Origin: Fimicolochytrium jonesii | Lineage: Eukaryota | Direction of reading: 5' to 3' | Length of the DNA: 64,000 bases | Assembly: GCF_025526975.1 (NCBI RefSeq) | Contig: NW_026515676.1 | Coordinates: 744,001 to 808,000, forward strand | Shown here: one piece after another, positions 1 through 10,626 of the stretch | Position numbering within the stretch: position 1 is the stretch's first letter | Layout: each line of letters opens with the position of its first letter | Notes under the pieces: generated by a model | What the model saw: only the letters and a program-made list of their open reading frames with translations | The model's database searches: none | What the model was told of the DNA's origin: nothing | Program-made: the position numbers and the translations under genes

Positions 1-1626
1 GGCGCAAAACTGCGGGTCTTTGAAGAAAATGTTCTCGGGGATCCACCCCGTCATGGCGTGCAGATCGATGCCCGAGTTGGACCCGGGAAAGTCGTAGCCG
101 CCCCAGACTTTCAGGTACGCTTTCTCGATGATGCTCGGCCATATATCGCCTCGGGAACTGAATGCGCAGAGAGGTTTGCATTGATGATCGACGGGTATCG
201 TGTCGTCAACTATGACCTGAGTGGTACACGGAATGATCAGTATCATGAGAATGGGATGCTAGACAACACGACGTTCGCTTACCTGCCGGGCTACGCCGTT
301 GATGATAAGCTTCAAAACATACTTTCCTTCCGGATTTACGACCGGATGGCCCTCCGAGTTCTGTGGATGTATGCATCCAACGACCACCTGGATGTTCATC
401 GCTCAAAACCAAAGTCCTCAAAAACGCCGGGCCCAGCACGCGAAATGGCATGGATACCTTCTTCCCAAACTTCGCCTCGTAAGCGGAGCTTACAAGTAAG
501 GAGGCCACGACTGAGCAGTCTGTTACAACATCCTTCGGGAGACGCAAATGTCAACTTAATACCAAGATAGATAACACTTTGGCAGAGCTAAGGATGATGG
601 CCTACTTGATAGATGTCTCCAGGCTTCGCATCGGGTTCCACCATGCGCGACCGAATCTCGCCGGCCCTCTTCCAGCAGTGGAACCTGGGCTTCTGTTGCG
701 CAGAAAGGCGTAACGGGCCGTCAGGATCACTATTCTCTTGTAGGTCAGCACTGCAACCGAAACTTGCGGAAAACAATGACAGAGGGCTCACCTGAAAACA
801 TGCCCTGTACCGAAGTGTTCAGAGTAATCTAAGGGCAGCCAAGGTAGATAGATCCTGCCGTTGATAGTAGACGACTGTCTGAGCACGTCGATCTCATCGG
901 ATTTCAAAGCGGGCCCGGATTGAGTGCCTGCAATGCATGAGGATCAGTGACGTGTTGCGCGAAGTCTCGAGTGGGAAAAGAAGCCACTAACATTGTTTCG
1001 GCGGGACTAGATCTAGACGGCGGAAAGGATGTTGCGATGAGCATGTATAACGGATGGTTACATGGGATGAGAACTCACCGCTCGGTATTTCCGTCAAGGA
1101 CGGTTGTCTCGAGAATGGAGGCTCATTTCCTAAGGTGATCTGGATGGAGCGAATATGATCAGTGTTGAATCCGGACGTTCGCTCGCTAGATAAGAAGCCT
1201 CAAACCAACCTTCGACCCCGCGGTAGACAACGAGGGCCGAGGTACCAAGCTCGATATCTGCTCCGCTCGGTGTGAATATTCCTCATACTTTTCGAGCAAG
1301 AAGCGGTTCTTTTGAGGATCGGTTTCGACTAGGGGAAAAGAAGAGAGGATGAGCCAGACACGACGGAAGCAGCCTTTGAGTGTTTTCATGATAATCCATA
1401 CGTTTCAAAAGTTTCAAGATGCCCTGCCAAAGATACGTGGATAAAAAGTGAGCGTTCAACAATCTCCATAGCCAGCTCTTAGGAGTCTCTCTACCTGCGA
1501 GGCCTGCGCATACAGTTCCTTGCTGTTCTTCCAGTTCCGTGCCGTATCCTCGCTCACTGCTTTTGCGGCCGCTGCAAAGGTCTCAATATACAAAGTTTTT
1601 AATTGCTGTTGCTTGTGGTCGCCCAT
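1..1626 (-). CDS. palB: Calpain-7/PalB-like cysteine protease, multi-exon, 3' part beyond the window edge
   Basis: Spliced minus-strand translation gives an MIT-like N-terminus (MGDHKQQQLKTLYIETFAAAAKAVSED), the catalytic-Cys segment DVVTDCSVVASLLVSSAYE and the calpain-7 segment GGYDFPGSNSGIDLHAMTGWIPE. Confidence 0.88.
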
Positions 1627-2887
1627 CTACACGGTGAATAAGCGGTGTTGTGTTTCGGCCAGCGTAATAGTTCCAAGGACTCCGTCTTGCAAGGACAACC
1701 GTCACCCATAGTCGTGCAGGCAGAGAGTTGACAGGGTTGCGATTTTTCCCACGCTTTCAATGGCGGCGGAGAAAAGGCTTCCAAGCTAGTATGGACGCAG
1801 ATGAACACAGCCAAAGCCACGCGTGAGCATACCGTACAGTACAAGCGGAGGGAGGCCGGACTCGCACGGACGAGGCAATAATCAGGCCAATATCCTCGCT
1901 ATCCTAGCTCTCATGAAGCTCAGCACCAAGCGGCTAGCGCTAGAGGTATTGAATAACTTGCAGGCTTTCTGGCATCACCTTTCTCGGGGTGCAGCGTTGT
2001 ATTCCGCCTAGGTACGACGTCGACGTCACTCGAAAACTTAGTGTGCTTTCTGACCTTTCTGATTTTCTCCTTTTTGAGTGCTTGCACAACCGTAACTGCC
2101 CTTCCTCCTTGAGGCGGGAAAGGGGAATGGTGGGGTGAGTGAGGAACAGGAAGAGGAGGAGCAGCAGGAGGAGGAACAATAGGGAGAGGAGGAGGAGGAG
2201 CATAAGGCGCAAATGAGTGGCATGCATTATTATGACGAGTGAAAGTTGCGGGCAGTTGCGGGCAAACCACTCCAGATAAGGTGTATATGTAGCATAGCAT
2301 AGCCACAAGCATCGAGTTCCAGAATGTGTCCATTAATATAAGATTCTTCAAGAACCGCAAATGAGATTAGGTGGACCAATCGACCAATCCCGAAACTATG
2401 AGCCAGAAGCGGTCGACGGACGTATGCGTAAGTAGGGGGCGAGTGCTGACAATCGTATCCGCACACTCCCAAATTTCTTGAATTTGGATTATGTGTACTG
2501 ACGTCGGCGTTCACACACTAGTCATTCGAACCGAGGCAGCGTAGAGGGAGCGGAAGTAGAGGGCATCGCAACTCAACTCAACCGTACATATGTGGACGTC
2601 ATTGGCATTGGGATGGTATGGATTTACGCTACATATTACATTGGATGGTTGCATCATCAAGACTACCAGGAGAAGCTACACAATACGTTCCATGACTACC
2701 GAAAGGCTTGCTCCTATGCATCACGCAATGACACGCCTGAAAGACTACGCTCTGTGTACACAGCGGCCCTAAGTGGACCCCCCCTGGTTTGCCCTCGAGC
2801 GGGATATTGTGTTGCTAGACATATAGAATCTCAGACTCTCTTGACAAGTAACGCGGGCTCTTCTCACTGTTGAAGGAGTGCACGCTT

Positions 2888-3262
2888 TCAGATGCCTCCA
2901 TTTGAAGTAGACGGCGCGGCCGGGATCCCGAGTGTGTTTTGATGGTTGCATGCGGAAGCTTCTTGATGTCCTGGGGTGCCCGCCATCTTCCATAAGCAGT
3001 CGACTTTCTTCTGTATCTCTCCCAGCAGACGTTCCGCAAATTCAGCTTTTCGGCTTCCATCATCAGCCTCCTCTTCACGCTTGCGCTGGTGTCGGGCTTC
3101 GAGCGCGATTGTAAGTTTCTCCAGTTCACAAGTATAGTCTCTGAATGAGTGACGGGTCTCGATCATATGGCCGTTCAGGTACAGGACATCGGTGCAAGCA
3201 ACCCGCTCGACAGCGTCCAGATCCAAAATGTGCTTTCCCGCAAAGAGGTACCATCGGCTCAT
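2888..3262 (-). CDS. Hypothetical 124-aa intronless protein
   Basis: ATG-initiated ORF with a charged, coiled-coil-like C-terminal half (ELEKLTIALEARHQRKREEE...LLGEIQKKVDCLWKMAGTPGHQEA). No family recognised. Confidence 0.35.
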   Translation of the reverse strand: MSRWYLFAGKHILDLDAVERVACTDVLYLNGHMIETRHSFRDYTCELEKLTIALEARHQRKREEEADDGSRKAEFAERLLGEIQKKVDCLWKMAGTPGHQEASACNHQNTLGIPAAPSTSNGGI

Positions 3263-3510
3263 CGTGGGCGAGGTGAGGGCGCAGACTCGGATTTGAGTGA
3301 GCGTGTCTTTCCGTCCGACGACTGTGAAACTGCAAACCTCTCAACCGGCAGATGATGGCTTGGGCCGAAGAAGAGAACGCTGCAGTGTCTGAGAAATCCT
3401 GCAATATAACACGGCAAGCACTCCACACTACTTCAACTTCCGGTTTCAGAAGGCTGATGGTACCGTACTCCACAAAATGCGCTGTTTCAGTGCTCCCAGC
3501 TGTCAAACTG

Positions 3511-4185
3511 TCAGTGCGCGGCGAAACAACGCTTGACGGGAAAACGCGTCGCGAGGATTCTTCCCCGGTTGTAACGGTGATGTTTCTCCCACCAAATAAA
3601 AGGTGGGGCAATGCCTGACGACCTCAATTGCGTCAAGGCTGTACCGCTAGTCTTCAGTTCGGAGAAGAGAGAAGGCACTTGATCGCTCGGCATCTTTGGC
3701 ATCGCCGTCGGGTGGGACGGGTCAGATGGGGGGTGGATACTCGCGCTGCATACCACAGCCGCGTCAACAGCGTCCGGGTGGTGGGCAATAAGGTCCAAAA
3801 CAGCCTGTCCGCCCAGGCTTATTCCCACAAGCACAATCTTCCCTCCGGGTGTCGCGGCGCGTAGAGACTGAATGTACTCGTGGATATGGGCGGTGGAGGA
3901 GGCGAATGAGAAGGGGCGGAGGGAGGCAGAGGCGCCGTGGCCTGGGAGGTCGGGCGCTGAGATTGGGTAGCCAAGGGAGGTGAGGAAGGGTGTGGTTGTG
4001 CGGTACATGCGATGTGACAGGGCGCCGCCGTGAATGAGTATGAGAGTTGAGCGAGGGGGTGCGGTGGCGGTGGTTGGGGCGTAGGTTTCGACGTGCATAT
4101 TGTTCATTGTTCTGTTAATGCGGGCGATGAGGGGTAAGTCGGGAATGGATGGGAAGCCGGGTGCGACTGCTCGCTTGGCTGGCAT
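3511..4185 (-). CDS. Alpha/beta hydrolase fold protein, probably 3'-truncated
   Basis: Motifs LILIHGG, APDLPGHG and nucleophile elbow LVGISLGG. After about 3680 neither read-through nor the apparent splice gives a recognisable Asp/His region. Alternative start at ATG 4107. Confidence 0.7.
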   Translation of the reverse strand: MPAKRAVAPGFPSIPDLPLIARINRTMNNMHVETYAPTTATAPPRSTLILIHGGALSHRMYRTTTPFLTSLGYPISAPDLPGHGASASLRPFSFASSTAHIHEYIQSLRAATPGGKIVLVGISLGGQAVLDLIAHHPDAVDAAVVCSASIHPPSDPSHPTAMPKMPSDQVPSLFSELKTSGTALTQLRSSGIAPPFIWWEKHHRYNRGRILATRFPVKRCFAAH

Positions 4186-5682
4186 CTGGGCTGGGGTTCA
4201 TCACTGCAGTACTGTCACTTCCCGTCACTAATACCTCCTACTTCTCTCCCCAACGTCCAGCTGAGTTTAACGTTGGCCCACTGGAAGGCGTGAGCGATTT
4301 CCGCGCACGCTTACAGTTCCTACCAACAACGGCTGCATGTGAAAGCTCAATCCAGGCATAACCGTGAACATGAAGGAGGGCTCTCGCGCCTCATCGACGG
4401 CCAGGCAGCAGCTGTGGTTAACCTAAACATGACTGTTCACGCGGTGAGTGTTTCCCATCACACTTGCGCGTGAGAACCTTTTCATCGTTGATATCTTCCA
4501 GCCTTTCTCATCGAAAAACAAGTTACGAAGCGTTCATTCGCCAACCCAAGTGCTCAGTGTTGCTGTATGCAAGTCCTTCCAATCAATGCTCTGTCGAAAG
4601 AAAATGATTTCAAAATTGCTCCCGGTCTGACATGTCTTGCGGGGATGTTATCGGCGCGAAAACAGCCGCGCGGGCGGTGCGGCAATTGTGGCCGTAGGTT
4701 CTGAGGAAGGATCATCTGTCCTGTGCCATGTACAGTAGGATTGTGCGCTGCCCATCAGCGTAACCGACGCACATCCAAGTTCCTTAAGACCAACACGTGT
4801 GTTTCAAAGAAAAAAAAAGAGCCCGTCAAGGATTGGGACCGTCTAAATCGCACCAAGGGCAGGCCCTTCGTCTGTGGAATCTCACCACGCCGGCGGGTGG
4901 CTGAACATGATTGCGTCCGTGCCGCCGCCGCCTCAGGAGTATGCTATCCGAAGACGCAGAGGATTTTGCTGGCCACCCGCAGAAGCCAAGATGGCAATTA
5001 AGTGTTTTGTGAGCTTTGCACTCGTGGTAATTGGGTTCGTGTTGCAAAGCCTCGAATTTCATACGCTGCTTCCTCGTGCGATGGTTACATCCACTGCCTG
5101 CGTCGCAAGTAACGTGGTACAGTCGACGTTCGCATTGAAAACGTGAGAGCGGTAATCTACCGAGGGGATGAGTTGTCGGTGGAAGTGTCGGCTCCTGAAT
5201 GTTTCCACTCGATACATTGCCCCATGGCTCAGAGTTTCCTTTTTGCAGTCGATGGGCCGAACCTACGAAATGCCGACATCAACCGCTACCATATCGAACG
5301 TTACCTATGGAGCCTCGACACATCCCATTCGGACCATCAAACCCGGTCAATGAGTTGCACGTCCATAGGATCATATCCCGGTGTAACTCAAAGACGCAGA
5401 AGGCCAAAATATGCAGGCGGTGTATTGAATGTATCCGACAAACGGAAAGGAGCAAACGCCGGATAAAATACAATAAGCCAAAAACAAGGCTCGCAAGTGG
5501 GATGGAGTACGCGAAATGGTACATCGCTGACTCGGATATTGCATGCACGGCGTTTGGGCTTTGTCGGACGGGCGGCAAAGCCAAAGTGTATATGTCAGGA
5601 GTACAGACGAATGGGGTTATGCTTCGCGCAGATTGGGTGGGAGGTGAGGATCAGTTGTTCTATCGAATTTGGAACGTGCGGG

Positions 5683-5726
5683 TGTCGTAGTGCACATATA
5701 GTACGTACTATATGTGCACTACGACA
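5683..5726. repeat. Perfect 44-bp palindrome with no spacer
   Basis: TGTCGTAGTGCACATATAGTAC followed directly by its reverse complement GTACTATATGTGCACTACGACA. Confidence 0.97.
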
Positions 5727-6773
5727 GCGCTTGTCCGGCGACACCTCGAAAACCAGGGTTTATCAGCAGCGGCTGCGGAATTGGCCAGCACGGCCTACAA
5801 AACATCCACGAACCACAAAGAACAGTTGTCCTGGAAGTACTTCAGTATGTGGTGTACTGAACGGCGTCTCGATCCCATTTGCGCCACCGATTTGGACGTG
5901 GTGAATTACCTCGACTCCCTCCATCACAATGGGAAAAGCGTCAAGGTCATTGAAAGCGCGCGGTCCGCAATCACCAGCACCCTCACACTCCTTTCCCCGA
6001 ACCGCTCCTTCCACCGCTCGTACCTTGCTCAGTCGATAGTAAAGGCAATGCATCTTAGAACCGGCCCACGGAAGAAGGCCTACACGACAATATGGAATCC
6101 GGCGACTCTGTGAAATTATGTCGCATCCTCGGCGGCGGATTGGAATGAGCTGTGTGCAGTGAGTCATCAATTAGCCGTCATCATCATGCTGTCTAACAAA
6201 TGCCGGCCAAGCCATTTGGCAAACCTCCATCATGACCTCCGTCTAGAACTCCGATCGTGGCGACCTAAGGAATGGCAATATCAACGTCAACATGAGGAAG
6301 AGGTCTTTGAAGGACACGACTACTGTGTTATCACCGTCGCTTGCATTCCTACTCGCAACCTCGACGTCGGTGCGCTCTACCCTCGAATGATCGAGCTGCA
6401 AGGTACCCGCCGAGCGGGCCTCAAGGCAGTCTTCATCAACATGCTGAAGAATTCCCCTATGGCGCCGAATACCATATCCAAACTCGTCGCCACCGCCATG
6501 CGCGATGCGGGAATTGGTCCCGAATACACGCCGAAATCGATCTCTCACGCTGTCACCACCGCTCAACGCAACGGCGGAGTATCCACCGAGGCCATCTGTG
6601 CCGGACGCTGGCTCCCCGGCTCCACGGTCTTCGAAACACACTACACCATCCGCGACGACGACGGAAAGGTGCCCTCTGACGACGACGACAGCAGCGCCGA
6701 TTCAGCCAACGAAGCCGCTGTCGCAACCTACCTCAACACGGCAGCCGCGGCGCTCACTACATTGACGAATTAG
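5712..6773 (+). mobile_element. DIRS1-like retrotransposon remnant: tyrosine recombinase pseudogene
   Basis: ORFs 5712-6113 and 6159-6773 are in the same frame, split by TGA at 6111-6113. SAM-like N-part (QGLSAAAAEL...WKYFSMWC...VVNYL), catalytic R (KCRPS), degenerate HxxR box (KSISH), GRW and FETHY. An overlapping frame ends in RLSG, as DIRS pol ORFs typically do. No RT is present. Confidence 0.8.
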
Positions 6774-6997
6774 CACAACCTTCGAACGGAATCCATTATG
6801 CTCTGGACGGCGGGAACCCTAACCGGGGACTCGGGTGGATGATACCTCCAACATCGTCAAGCATTTGGCGTGGGATCGACTGGCGAACGGTAACTTAGTG
6901 AAGTGCAGGGGGGCAAGAACACGGCCAGTACCGCCGTGATCGATAACCGCGTTGCCAGGTACAGCAGCCAGACGACAGCAATACGCACCAAAAGCGA

Positions 6998-7247
6998 TCC
7001 CTGCCACTGGGAGCTCATCACACCCATCTTCAAATATGCCGACCATCCGGCGACACGCGCGAGCGTCGTCCTCTGCTGTCGAGATCGGCAGGCCACACGC
7101 CTCTACGCTCGAGTGCCGCATCCTTTCTGGAACCAGCCTAGACTCGCTGTATACGACGCTTTGCGGTCATCCCGTGCGGTTTTGATGGACAGAGGAGCTC
7201 GAGTTAGGGCCCTATATCGATGGAAAGTCCTTAGCACAGGCTCCTAA
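6998..7247 (+). pseudogene. Possible F-box-like fragment
   Basis: Skipping one base (c7007) gives SLPWELITPIFKYADHPATRASVVLCCR, which resembles an F-box motif. Confidence 0.25.
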
Positions 7248-7820
7248 ACAACCCCAGTTTTGCTGTCACCCCATCGATGTCAACATGTGCATACCAGAGC
7301 AGCCCTCATGCGTCCGACTCGCTGATCGGAGTCGTGGCTGCTGTCAAAATCGGAGTACTGCACTTGCACATGAATCACGCGCGGACTGCGCAGCCCGGCG
7401 GAGGTGGCTCAGCACTTGCGCGAAAAGTCAAAAATCCAAATCCTCCCGACTTTTGTAAAGTTCCTCTCCCTTCCCCACGACGTTTCCTTCCACAACCCTC
7501 CTTCCGATTCTATCCAATGGAAAAAAGAAAACAAGGAAAAAGAAAAGCCCAGGATGAGCATGATGACGCCTTCCTTTCTTCTTGTTTTTTTGCCTCTCCA
7601 TCATCTTCTCCTACCCCCCACGTCAAGTCGCGTCAACGTAAGGAAATTTCAAATTCCGACTGTGGCTTGCTTTTCCACAACCTTTTTTTACGACGTGGAA
7701 AGGGTGTCGGAATGTACAGTAGGAAACGTTTTTACCTTTTCCAAGTGGCTCGTGGGGAAGCTTGCATTTGCTTTTTCTCTCCTCTCTCGATGCCATGGTG
7801 GATGAGACCTCCAAAATGTG

Positions 7821-7828
7821 TATAAAAG
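7821..7828 (+). promoter_or_regulatory. TATA box (TATAAAAG)
   Basis: Consensus TATA about 135 bp upstream of ATG 7959, followed by a CA-rich leader. Confidence 0.55.
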
Positions 7829-7958
7829 GGCGGGGATAGAGACTCGTCCTGTCTGTCTCCCTCATCACATCAACAATCAACTCCACTGCATCAAAGCAAT
7901 CAACATCCTCAAACCGAAACCTACCCCAACTCCAACAACCCAAACACAACCAACAAAA

Positions 7959-8183
7959 ATGGTCAACGTAACCCCCTCCCACCTCGCCTCCTTCGCCAAC
8001 AAAGGCGCCCTCCTCCGCGGAAAGCACGCCGCTAAAGATCTCGACTCTGCATCAAACAACAAGAACAGCAACGGGTTCAAGATGTCCAAGGCGTTCACGC
8101 AGGATTCCGCCGCGTCGGTGGAGTCCGCGACGGGCAAGATGGGCAGGGTTAAGGCGTTCTTTGCTGGGGCTAGCTGGAAGTGA
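7959..8183 (+). CDS. Small 74-aa basic hypothetical protein
   Basis: AAAATGG start context, upstream TATA, C/G-ending codon bias. MVNVTPSHLASFANKGALLRGKH...KAFFAGASWK. Confidence 0.6.
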   Translation: MVNVTPSHLASFANKGALLRGKHAAKDLDSASNNKNSNGFKMSKAFTQDSAASVESATGKMGRVKAFFAGASWK

Positions 8184-9135
8184 GCGCATCGAACCCGACC
8201 CACATGTGCATCGATTCGGGGCACCTATACCGAGCAATTCCATGCATCCGACCCCTACCGAGCGATCATCGGGCGAGACGTCGCCGGTCGCAAAAAGATC
8301 GGCATGATTATCGACACCCTCCCCACCGATTTTGCGATGCACCATCTAGCTCGGAGCCGTCCGCGTCAGGCCTCAGACCCCGCTTTGCCTTCAACATCCC
8401 ACCGCACCCGGGCGTGCATCAAGATTCACTGCCGACGAGACACTCCGGGCGCTTTTGGGATAGCCACATTGCGAAGCTCGCATGTCTTAAGCCTGTCGCT
8501 ATAGCTAGCATATCACATAGATGTATATACCCACTGTAAATTTCTAATAGCACCCTTTTCGCTCCATCAAACGCCCGTATATTGTTTCGTTTTGCGATGG
8601 CCATATAGAGCATGTAAACTCTTGAGAATAAAGATGATAACAACCTACCTTCGCTCGCTGTTGCCCAATTTAAACCATATGTCTCTCCTGTTCGTGCGAC
8701 GAGTAGAAGCCATGCCGGTACGGTCTCTGCCACGGCAGCTTGGGCTGAAGTGAAGCAATGCGCGTGGAAGTGGAGTTTGGGAGTTGTCGTCTGGGGGCCG
8801 CGAACAAGAGTCAGCAGTGGGAGAAAGACGAAGCAGTAAGGTTAGTAAATGTAGTGGAGGATGGGGTAGCGGTGTATGTGAGCTTGTGTGTCCTTCTTGG
8901 CGAATACCCGTTGATGTCCCTGTTTGCGACGTGGCGAGTCGTTGGGGGCCGAAAGCGGCGAACACGAGAGCGCACTTGTCATTCGTTCGAACACTCCCCT
9001 GCGAGATCTTGCTATTCGCTGCAACAGCACAGGCCAACCCACAACCACAACGAGTCTCTACTGCCTCCACCCTGGGCACATATCCACTCTCAGCAAACTT
9101 CACTGAAACGCACCACCCACTTTCACGACCCAGAA

Positions 9136-10260
9136 ATGACGCTAAAAGACCGCACAGCCGAATTCCTCTCCGCCGTCGAGTCCATCCAATCCCGGTCCGG
9201 CGGCCCCGGCAGCATCCTGCCCGCCGACCGACACGCCCTGCTCTCCCCCACCCGCTCCCCCCGGCACGCCCAACCCCCCCAATCCAAGTCCGAATTCGCG
9301 CGCGCCGCCGCCTCCATCGGCCGCGACATCAACTCCACCGTCACAAAACTCCAAAAACTCGCCCGTCTCGCCAAACGCAAAACACTCTTCGACGACCGAC
9401 CTGTCGAGATCAACGAGCTGATATATATCATCAAGCAGGATATCGCCAAAATCAACCAGCAGATTGCGCAGTTGTCGGGATGGATGCGGAAACATGGCGG
9501 GCCGAACGCCGGGAATGCGAATACGGGGAGTAGTCCAACGGCACTCGCATCACAAGCGAATAACAACAAACAGGTCCGCGAACACTCGACGATCGTCATC
9601 TCCTCATTGCAGAGCAAGCTCGCCTCCACGTCCAACGAATTCAAGAACATTCTCGAGATCCGGACGGAGAATATGAAGGAGCAGAAGAATAGGAGGGATC
9701 AGTACTCCTCCTTCCCGGCCGCGTCGCCTTTAACGCCTGCCGCAGGAGGAGGAGGGAGCGGGGCAGCAGCTACAAACGGGGGCGGGATAATGGGCGGACC
9801 ACCACCACAAGGCGGGATAATGAACATGGGCGCCTCCCCGCTCGACTCCTCCCCGCTGTACAACCCCTCCCGTCGCCCCACAACCCCCTCCAACGGCGAC
9901 GGCGCAGTCATCATCGACCTCTCCTCCAACCAACAACTCCAACAACAATCCCTCATCCCGGCCCCTTCATCCACCCTCAACATGGAACTTATCGAATCAC
10001 GCTCGCAGGCCATCGAATCCATCGAATCCACCATCGCGGAACTCGGGCAGATCTACCAGAATTTCGCCTCAATGGTCGCCACACAGCGCGAAATGGTGCA
10101 GCGGATCGATGAGAATGTGCTGGATATCGAGATGAATGTGGAGGGGGCTCATAGTCAGTTGTTGAAATATTACCAGGGGATCAGTAGTAATCGCTGGTTG
10201 ATGATGAAGGTGTTTGCGGTGTTGATTGTGTTTTTTATGATGTTTGTGCTGGTTACGTAG
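9136..10260 (+). CDS. SED5: Cis-Golgi Qa-SNARE syntaxin-5 (intronless)
   Basis: N-peptide MTLKDRTAEF, LAKRKTLFDDRPVEI, SNARE motif IESTIAELGQIYQ...VQRIDEN and a C-terminal TM helix. Confidence 0.96.
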   Translation: MTLKDRTAEFLSAVESIQSRSGGPGSILPADRHALLSPTRSPRHAQPPQSKSEFARAAASIGRDINSTVTKLQKLARLAKRKTLFDDRPVEINELIYIIKQDIAKINQQIAQLSGWMRKHGGPNAGNANTGSSPTALASQANNNKQVREHSTIVISSLQSKLASTSNEFKNILEIRTENMKEQKNRRDQYSSFPAASPLTPAAGGGGSGAAATNGGGIMGGPPPQGGIMNMGASPLDSSPLYNPSRRPTTPSNGDGAVIIDLSSNQQLQQQSLIPAPSSTLNMELIESRSQAIESIESTIAELGQIYQNFASMVATQREMVQRIDENVLDIEMNVEGAHSQLLKYYQGISSNRWLMMKVFAVLIVFFMMFVLVT

Positions 10261-10626
10261 GGAAGGGGGAGGGAAGGAGGGTTGACTTGTGCCGAGTGGC
10301 GCGCTTTCTTGGACCTCATACATCTCATCCCAAATAATATATACCTCCGGACTCCGAGAGCCCAAACATCGTACCGCCGAGGGACCGTGTTATGTTTTCG
10401 AATCTGTTCTGTCATTTTGCGCAAACGAACGAAGCGGGGTGAAAACGAAAATATGATACAGTGTATATGGAAGGTAGAAAAACAGGTGGGGAGGGGGGGA
10501 AAGGCACACCCAACAAACGACCGACGAACAAACAACGCCACACACATGAACAAGACACAAAAGCACAACCCTCATCCCTCCCGCGCCGCCCAAAAGCATC
10601 CCCGCGGTTCCCACACAGTCCCCACA

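Noticed and set aside
6111..6113. TGA as selenocysteine or programmed readthrough in the recombinase
   Set aside because: The element is truncated and its HxxR box is degenerate, so a nonsense mutation is the simpler explanation.
8758..9135. 126-aa N-terminal extension of Sed5 in the ORF track
   Set aside because: The conserved Sed5 N-peptide starts at ATG 9136 and the upstream sequence looks like promoter/UTR.
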